Shown here in pieces: positions 58,067 to 64,000 of a stretch of DNA of 64,000 nt (position 1 is its first letter; every line of letters begins with the position of its first letter). The stretch comes from a virus (Duplodnaviria; Caudoviricetes). A program made the position numbers and the translations under genes. The stretch lies in the IMG/VR virus record IMGVR_UViG_3300028275_000007; one strand, 5' to 3'. The notes beneath the pieces were generated by a model. It did not search any database. It saw only the letters and a list, made by a program, of their open reading frames with translations, and was not told the DNA's origin.

Positions 58067-58324
58067 ATGCAGACAACGGTCTATTACTTAGTGCATAAAG
58101 ATACTCTGAGACGCCTAAAATGGTACAGAACTCTTGCTGGTGCTCGTATAGCACAGAGATCGCGTAATCATAGACTGGGTTTCATAACTCGTATTGAACG
58201 TGTATATATGTTTGATAACTGGGAAGTAGAGTTGTGTCGTAACATAGACGGAGACATACTAGAAGCAACTTACTGCATAGTAGAAGATACTATAGAGAGT
58301 GAGGAGTTATTTACAAATGGATAA
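58067..58324 (+). CDS. Hypothetical protein
   Basis: 85 aa; TAAATA upstream. Confidence 0.6.
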   Translation: MQTTVYYLVHKDTLRRLKWYRTLAGARIAQRSRNHRLGFITRIERVYMFDNWEVELCRNIDGDILEATYCIVEDTIESEELFTNG

Positions 58325-58397
58325 TCGAACACAAGCACTGGTAGTGAGCATAGCGGTAGTATGTGTATACTATGTTTACTATATACTAAGTCATTAA
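58317..58397 (+). CDS. Small TM peptide (26 aa)
   Basis: MDNRTQALVVSIAVVCVYYVYYILSH; coupled to the previous ORF. Confidence 0.4.
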   Translation: MDNRTQALVVSIAVVCVYYVYYILSH

Positions 58398-58398
58398 A

Positions 58399-59197
58399 GG
58401 CCCCGCTGCGCTATAGTGACATATACGTATACGCATAATAAGTCTAGCGTGAGCACGCTCAATGTGCGTATATACGCTGGAAAAAGCTCAGTAAGTGTGA
58501 TTTACTGACCCCCAAGATGCGTATAGAGGTCTAGCGACCTGGTGGGGATTGGAAAAGGGTGCAGAAAAGTAGTAGAAAGTGTGATAAAGTGTGAAATTGT
58601 GTGACCATTTGAGCATAGCCTCTCATACCACCGTTCTAGACTTTTAGTCTACTATAAAATTTACAGTAGATCTCCCTAGTTCGAACCGTTTGACCGTTTT
58701 CTAGACACGAATTCACTCTAGAACTAGCGTTCTAGACTGTTCTAACGACCTATATACAGTGGCCCCGCTGCGAGTGATTCTAGATATATACTGTATACTC
58801 AGGAGCGATCTGATGTTAACCTATATATGCTGTGCAACTCTGCCCTTGGTCCTCATACTCATATACGAATCTATATACAGTAAGAGTTGGCTAGAGCGCC
58901 GTCATGCTCGTATAGTGCTTGCCTGTGGTCTAGCCATTATCCTGAGTCTCTGCTTATAGTGGCCCCGCTGCGTAGGTAACATAATGAAAGACTCAAAAGA
59001 CATAGCTGAATGGGTTCTGCGTGAGATCGCGGGAGTTAATCCCTATACTAGTCAAGACAAGACTCTGGCATTCATTTGGGCCACGGGCTTTCTGGCACGC
59101 TGCGTAGCTGAGATGATCTGGCGGGACAATCACAACTATAAGATCTTTGCAGCAATTCGTGAACGTGCAGCACGGAAACTGGGGAAGGCCCCGCTGC
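58399..59197 (+). repeat. Repeat-rich switch region: 4x GGCCCCGCTGC, clustered TCTAGA, tandem AAAGTGTGA, hairpins
   Basis: Motif copies at 58399, 58761, 58961, 59187; five TCTAGA within ~58630-58785. Confidence 0.8.
58813..58959 (+). CDS. Small membrane protein ending in TAG, in frame with next ORF
   Basis: AGGAGCGA RBS; two hydrophobic stretches. Confidence 0.55.
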   Translation: MLTYICCATLPLVLILIYESIYSKSWLERRHARIVLACGLAIILSLCL

Positions 59198-59211
59198 AGA
59201 ATACTGACTAA
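58984..59211 (+). CDS. Hypothetical protein
   Basis: 75 aa. Confidence 0.65.
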   Translation: MKDSKDIAEWVLREIAGVNPYTSQDKTLAFIWATGFLARCVAEMIWRDNHNYKIFAAIRERAARKLGKAPLQNTD

Positions 59212-59299
59212 TTTGCCAAAAAGAGTTGACAAGTTGGGGTTCTGCTCGTATAATATACATATGCTTAAGAAACGAGCACTAACTAGGAGCAGAGAATCA

Positions 59300-59563
59300 A
59301 TGACACTTCCAGATGAGCGGTATCGTAGTGTTAAGACCGCAGCAGAGTTTCTTCAACGTCTAGCGGGTGGGCATTATGCCCGTGTGCCCAAGGCAGTTCG
59401 TGAGGAAGCTCGCAGCATCTTACGACACTATCCTTCATCGTGGGATCTAGATCAAATTGAACGAGCAGCGCCTCACGTTATGCAGCAGCGTATGGAACCC
59501 CTGCACAGGATGGTTGCTGCGTACAATCCAGAAGTAACACAACCTTTAGAGAATCGAGATTAA
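59300..59563 (+). CDS. Conserved phage hypothetical protein
   Basis: MTLPDERYRSV...RVPKAVREEARSILRHYPS. Confidence 0.8.
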   Translation: MTLPDERYRSVKTAAEFLQRLAGGHYARVPKAVREEARSILRHYPSSWDLDQIERAAPHVMQQRMEPLHRMVAAYNPEVTQPLENRD

Positions 59564-59579
59564 CTACTAGTAAGACGTC

Positions 59580-59664
59580 GCGACTGTGGTGAAATAGGTA
59601 GACACAAGGGACTTAAAATCCCTCGCAGCAATGCATACCAGTTCGATTCTGGTCAGTCGCACCA
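59580..59664 (+). tRNA. tRNA-Leu(UAA)
   Basis: Cloverleaf with long variable arm, loop CT TAA AA, CCA end. Confidence 0.92.
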
Positions 59665-59671
59665 TTTAAAT

Positions 59672-59748
59672 CACGCATTAGCTCAGTTGGATAGAGCAAC
59701 AGCCTTCTAAGCTGTGGGTCAGGGGTTCGAATCCCTTATGCGTGGCCA
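59672..59748 (+). tRNA. tRNA-Arg(UCU)
   Basis: CACGCAT/ATGCGTG acceptor, ACAGC-CT TCT AA-GCTGT, CCA. Confidence 0.93.
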
Positions 59749-59752
59749 GTTA

Positions 59753-59830
<78 letters not shown>

Positions 59831-59963
59831 AGCTGCGAGCCATCTAGTCACTGGCGCAGAGTGCAGCAGCACGGGAGAAACCCTATAGCCTAGTAAACTA
59901 TAGGGTTTTTTCTTGTCCAAAATGCTGTTTGCTTGTATAATATGCATTTAAACAAGGACAGCA

Positions 59964-60092
59964 ATGACAGAACTACAGCACGTCTTCTACGCTGCTTTAG
60001 CACGTATACAGCACTACACGGATCTCGACGACGAAGCTCAGCAAGACGCAATTGCTGCACTCGCGCAGCTAATCGAGGATCACGTCAAATAA
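59964..60092 (+). CDS. Small hypothetical protein (42 aa)
   Basis: AAGGA RBS; MTELQHVFYAAL... Confidence 0.55.
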   Translation: MTELQHVFYAALARIQHYTDLDDEAQQDAIAALAQLIEDHVK

Positions 60093-60177
60093 CCCTAGGC
60101 CCTCTAGGGTCTTTAACAAATTGGTTGACATTTTGGCAGTTCGATCGTACAATATACATATGTTGAAGGAGCGAGCA

Positions 60178-60510
60178 ATGACCACTGTACAACGAAAGAA
60201 GCGTGTAGATCGCAATCACATCATCTACGAACTGCGTGTTAATGGTCAAAACTACATTGGCGTCACTGCCAAGACAGAGTCAACTATTAATAAGTCAGTG
60301 TTGGCACGTGCCGCGAAACACTTCTATCGTGCCAAAACAGAGTCGAAGAACTGGCTCTTGTGTCAAGAACTGCGCAAGCTCGCGAACAAGAACGAGATTG
60401 AAGTACTTGTACATGAGGTCATCCGCGGCAAAGCGGCTGCACACCGTAGGGAAGTAGAAATCCGTAGAGCTGTTAACCCTACACTGAACACGGACATTCG
60501 AGGTGATTGA
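60178..60510 (+). CDS. GIY-YIG-like protein
   Basis: IIYELRVNGQNYIGVT...E...PTLN. Confidence 0.6.
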   Translation: MTTVQRKKRVDRNHIIYELRVNGQNYIGVTAKTESTINKSVLARAAKHFYRAKTESKNWLLCQELRKLANKNEIEVLVHEVIRGKAAAHRREVEIRRAVNPTLNTDIRGD

Positions 60511-60561
60511 CACCTTGGGTGTTCGGCAGTATAATACAGGTATTGTAACGTTAAGGAGCGA

Positions 60562-60741
60562 ATGATGACTAACCCGATTCCACATAGCAATATTTGGCAC
60601 ACTCCCGCAGATCTCAACGAGCTGCACGATATAATCAATCAGTTCACAGGCCAGGATGCTGCGCTGGCTGCACACGTGATGATGCTGACCCTGAACACCT
60701 GCCACAAATTGGTTGCTGATTCTATCAAGGAGACTGCATGA
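60562..60741 (+). CDS. Small early protein (59 aa)
   Basis: Own promoter and AAGGAG RBS; MMTNPIPHSNIWHTP... Confidence 0.7.
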   Translation: MMTNPIPHSNIWHTPADLNELHDIINQFTGQDAALAAHVMMLTLNTCHKLVADSIKETA

Positions 60742-61106
60742 TGCGTTACTGGGACGAACTGCTGCGCGAACAGCACAATGGGGTCACTGTGATCGTGGAC
60801 AAGACCTGGGAAGATTGCACTATCCGCGATCTCTTTGATGATACCTGCTGTGATGTAGAGGACTTAGAGCGCAAGGTTAACCGGGGCGATTTGGATTGGT
60901 TTATGCTCAGGGCTCGTGTCATGTTCAATGACATGGAACTGGGATCGTCGATCTGCGGTGGCTACCTCTACGAAGATGCTCGCGAGGTTCTCAGGGACGG
61001 TTGTGCTGCTGATCTGATCTGGCAAGCAGAGGAAGAAGCTAAGAAACGATTACCCGAGCTAATTGAAGGGTTATTGCGTGTAGAGGTTGACAAATTGGCT
61101 GCGTGA
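60738..61106 (+). CDS. Early hypothetical protein
   Basis: Coupled; acidic. Confidence 0.75.
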   Translation: MMRYWDELLREQHNGVTVIVDKTWEDCTIRDLFDDTCCDVEDLERKVNRGDLDWFMLRARVMFNDMELGSSICGGYLYEDAREVLRDGCAADLIWQAEEEAKKRLPELIEGLLRVEVDKLAA

Positions 61107-61144
61107 GCATACAATAGAGACTTAGTAACACAAAGGAGCGCGAA

Positions 61145-61489
61145 ATGAAACAGACAATTTTTAGCACTAGCGGCGACGGCTACTGGTCTAACGTTGCAAA
61201 GCCTGTACACGTTACAGATATGCGACTTGCATATGTAAACGACGAAAAAGACTTCGGCGAGCTGCGTGTATACTTTAACACTAAGTTTTGGGATGTAGAC
61301 ACAGACGGTCTCATTTACACAGACGAGGGATTTATGACAGACTTGCGCAACTTCCTCGCGCTGCAGGGTCTTAACAACTTAGACATAGACTATAGCGAGC
61401 AAGGGATGCAAGGCGACAATTACGTTAGCTTAGACGTAGGCGCTGCGTTTATTAGTGCGTGGGATGCAAAGTTTAATTTGTTTGCATAA
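61145..61489 (+). CDS. Early hypothetical protein
   Basis: Own promoter and RBS. Confidence 0.8.
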   Translation: MKQTIFSTSGDGYWSNVAKPVHVTDMRLAYVNDEKDFGELRVYFNTKFWDVDTDGLIYTDEGFMTDLRNFLALQGLNNLDIDYSEQGMQGDNYVSLDVGAAFISAWDAKFNLFA

Positions 61490-61564
61490 AAACAACAGGG
61501 GTTGACAGCCCCTGCTTTTGACAGTATAATAAACACTTCAACAACGCAACTAAGGAGCGAAACT

Positions 61565-61918
61565 ATGGAAGCGCAAGCACGTGAGTATTTTGTCCGTCGT
61601 CTTAACGAAGTAGCACAAGAGAAGGTGCAGGCTAAGGCTGTAGAACTTTACGGCGCAAGTGGCCGTCCAGAACAGCCTACGTGGGGTATGGTCTTTGAGG
61701 GCATCCGCTCAGGCGAGATTACCCTTAAAGCAGACAAGGTAGACTACACGGGTCCTTACCTCAACCCTACGGACGTGGAGTGGCCTGCTATGGAAGCAAA
61801 GAAAGCAGAGCTGGAAGCATATCGCAAGTTGGTAGCCGCTGAGAAGCAACGGGCTATGGACGCTGTCTATTTGGACGAGAGCGCACAAGAAGCCCTTAAG
61901 GCATTTGAAGCAATTTAA
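61565..61918 (+). CDS. Early hypothetical protein
   Basis: Start MEAQAR after AAGGAGCGA. Confidence 0.8.
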   Translation: MEAQAREYFVRRLNEVAQEKVQAKAVELYGASGRPEQPTWGMVFEGIRSGEITLKADKVDYTGPYLNPTDVEWPAMEAKKAELEAYRKLVAAEKQRAMDAVYLDESAQEALKAFEAI

Positions 61919-61980
61919 GGGGTTGACAGGGCCTACGGGCCCTGTTATAATATAGGCTTAGCAACACACAGGAGCGAACA

Positions 61981-62421
61981 ATGGCTACACGAAGCACTAT
62001 TGCAATGGAGCAACCCGACGGCCGCGTAATGCAGATCTACTGCCACTGGGACGGCTACATTGATCACAACGGTCAAATTCTCAGCGAACATTATACAGAT
62101 CGTGCCAAGGTCCTGGCACTCATGCTCTTGGGATCGATCAGCTCGCTGCGTCCTGAGATCGGTGAGCCTCACGACTTCGATGCTCGCTATACCAACGAAG
62201 ATCACCGCAACAACTGGACCTGTGCCTACGGTCGAGATCGTGGTGAGAGCGATACTGAAGCTGCTGTTTTCGCTAACTACGAAGCCTACGTCAAGGATCA
62301 CCAGTACGAGGAATACGAGTATATCTTCCGTTCGGACGATCAGTGGTATGTTTCCGAATACGGACGCCCCTACCGCTTGCTCGCTGCTGTGTTGATGGAA
62401 GCAGAAACCCTAGAAGACTAA
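61981..62421 (+). CDS. Conserved early phage protein
   Basis: MATRSTIA...IYCHWDGY....G..L...Y; EYEYIF. Confidence 0.8.
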   Translation: MATRSTIAMEQPDGRVMQIYCHWDGYIDHNGQILSEHYTDRAKVLALMLLGSISSLRPEIGEPHDFDARYTNEDHRNNWTCAYGRDRGESDTEAAVFANYEAYVKDHQYEEYEYIFRSDDQWYVSEYGRPYRLLAAVLMEAETLED

Positions 62422-62496
62422 GGGTTATTTTTAGGGGTTGACAGGTTGGCTGTTTGATGGTACAATAGAGTCATAGTTAAACAAAACGGAGCGAAG

Positions 62497-63603
62497 ATGC
62501 AGATTACATTCACTGAAGGCTGGTACAACATCAAGGGTCAACCTGTTAACGTTGCAGGACTTACTTTTAATCTTGTAGAAGATTACAAAGTGTCTAAGAA
62601 CGGCGACGGCTATGTTACTGTTGATGGTACTAGTGTAGAGGGCTTCCCTGAGCGCAATATCCGAATCAAGTGCCGTCAGGGCGACTATGCTGTCGCAGGT
62701 ACTGTTCAAGCAACACAAATTCCACAAGGGGTATCAATGCTGACTGCTTTAAAGTCAAAGAGTGCCAAAGGCGCAGAGGTCACCGATTTCACTCAGATCA
62801 AGGTGCCCGATACTGCTGTAGCACACGAGTCCGACGAGGACATCATCGAACGCACTCGTCTGCGCTTTGACATCCTCAAAGATATGACTAAAGCTGTCAA
62901 GAATGGTGATGTACGTGCTATGATCGTCACAGGCCCTCCAGGTGTGGGCAAATCCTTTGGCGTTGAAGAAGTACTTGCCAAAGACGATCTGTTTGATATG
63001 ATGGGTCAGCGTAAGCCCAAATATGAGATCGTCAAGGGCGCAATGTCAGCCATTGGTCTGTACACTAAGCTCTACAAATACTCAGACGCTAAGAACATTC
63101 TTGTGTTCGACGACTGTGACTCAATTCTTTTGGACGACATTGCACTTAACATTCTTAAGGCCGCTTTGGACTCTAGCAAGAAGCGTACCATTTCGTGGAA
63201 CACTGACAGCCGTCTGCTTCGTTCAGAAGGAGTGCCAGATCGTTTCGAGTTCAAGGGTGGTGCTATCTTTATCACTAACTTGAAGTTTGAGAACGTTCGC
63301 TCTAAGAAACTGCAGGAGCACTTGGCGGCCCTAGAGTCACGCTGTCACTATATTGATCTGCGTATGGACACAGATCGCGAGAAGGTACTGCGTATCAAGC
63401 AGATTGTCAAGGATGGTATGTTGGATAGCTACGAGCTGGAGGACATTGCCAAAGATGAGGTTGTCAGCTTCATCGACGACAATCGCGCTACTATGCGTGA
63501 ACTGAGCCTGCGTACTGTGCTCAAAGTCGCAGACCTGCGCAAGAGCTTCCCATCTAACTGGCAGAATATGGCCAAGGTCACTGTTATGAAAGGAATTGCA
63601 TAA
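62497..63603 (+). CDS. AAA+ ATPase
   Basis: GPPGVGKS Walker A, LVFDDCD Walker B, FITN sensor, ALESR Arg finger. Confidence 0.85.
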   Translation: MQITFTEGWYNIKGQPVNVAGLTFNLVEDYKVSKNGDGYVTVDGTSVEGFPERNIRIKCRQGDYAVAGTVQATQIPQGVSMLTALKSKSAKGAEVTDFTQIKVPDTAVAHESDEDIIERTRLRFDILKDMTKAVKNGDVRAMIVTGPPGVGKSFGVEEVLAKDDLFDMMGQRKPKYEIVKGAMSAIGLYTKLYKYSDAKNILVFDDCDSILLDDIALNILKAALDSSKKRTISWNTDSRLLRSEGVPDRFEFKGGAIFITNLKFENVRSKKLQEHLAALESRCHYIDLRMDTDREKVLRIKQIVKDGMLDSYELEDIAKDEVVSFIDDNRATMRELSLRTVLKVADLRKSFPSNWQNMAKVTVMKGIA

Positions 63604-63833
63604 TGGATTACCGTCCGCTGACCTGTCAGTGGATTGGGCCCGAACAGGACCCCCGCAAGGGTTCTGTTCACTACTGCGGTAAGCCCAATCTAACTGGAAA
63701 GAGCTACTGTGCTGACCACTTCTACAAAGTATATCAGGGTGGCACTTCAGTAAATGGAAAACGAGCAGAAAAGCTCTTGCAAAAGGAAATCGAGTCTGTT
63801 AAACTAGCAGAAGAGATAGGAGAATTACTATGA
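63603..63833 (+). CDS. Small Cys/His zinc-finger protein (GcrA C-terminus-like)
   Basis: TCQWIG....HYCGKP...SYCADH. Confidence 0.6.
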   Translation: MDYRPLTCQWIGPEQDPRKGSVHYCGKPNLTGKSYCADHFYKVYQGGTSVNGKRAEKLLQKEIESVKLAEEIGELL

Positions 63834-64000
63834 GTACCGTAATTAAGATCGCATTGGCATTCTTGCTGATCGTTGTATTGTTGGCGATTGGACCGTGGCT
63901 TGTGATCTGGTCACTGAACACGCTGTTCCCTAGCCTGGCTATTGAATTTGGTTTGGCTACTTGGGCTGCTGTTGTGATCCTAGGAACTTTCTTTCGAGCG
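63830..64000 (+). CDS. Membrane protein, truncated by window end
   Basis: MSTVIKIALAFLLIVVLLAIGPWLVIWSLNTLFP... Confidence 0.7.
   Translation, partial: MSTVIKIALAFLLIVVLLAIGPWLVIWSLNTLFPSLAIEFGLATWAAVVILGTFFRA

Noticed and set aside
58399-59197. CRISPR array
   Set aside because: The repeat is only 11-14 bp with irregular 200-360 nt spacing and lies partly inside ORFs; no cas genes

Overview
This is a 64 kb segment of a large T4-like (jumbo) dsDNA phage genome, about 40% GC overall and visibly higher from ~56 kb onward. Its host-derived genes point to a Betaproteobacterial (Burkholderiales/Methylophilaceae-like) host: DnaK, ClpS/ClpP, the tmRNA tag ANDTRFALAA and a PqqA peptide. Most genes from 1 to 58 kb lie on the minus strand. 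They encode auxiliary metabolism (hemO-pcyX, ALA synthase, isocitrate lyase, desaturase, GMP reductase, AhpC/AhpD, IscU/IscA, ADP-heptose enzymes), proteostasis and translation factors (DnaK, Hsp20, ClpS, ClpP, bS21, DksA-like, two-piece tmRNA), class Ia ribonucleotide reductase, and late virion-associated proteins behind TAAATA promoters. After a repeat-rich non-coding switch at ~58.4-58.8 kb comes a plus-strand early region with serial consensus sigma70 promoters and three tRNAs. The most notable observations are: (1) an amber-suppressor-like tRNA(CUA) with its own promoter, near-absence of TAG stops, and an in-frame TAG at codon 3 of a neighbouring late gene; (2) a family of late proteins with T4 capsid-targeting-like N-termini, including a KxDG ligase-like enzyme fused to a HiPIP-like domain and a Pol-beta-type nucleotidyltransferase; (3) a yybP-ykoY Mn2+ riboswitch upstream of terC, back-to-back with an unannotated pqqA; (4) an HNH cassette that replaced the 3' end of ahpD with a recoded copy; (5) several unassigned structured RNAs. 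All calls come from motif recognition by eye; no database searches or folding programs were run.
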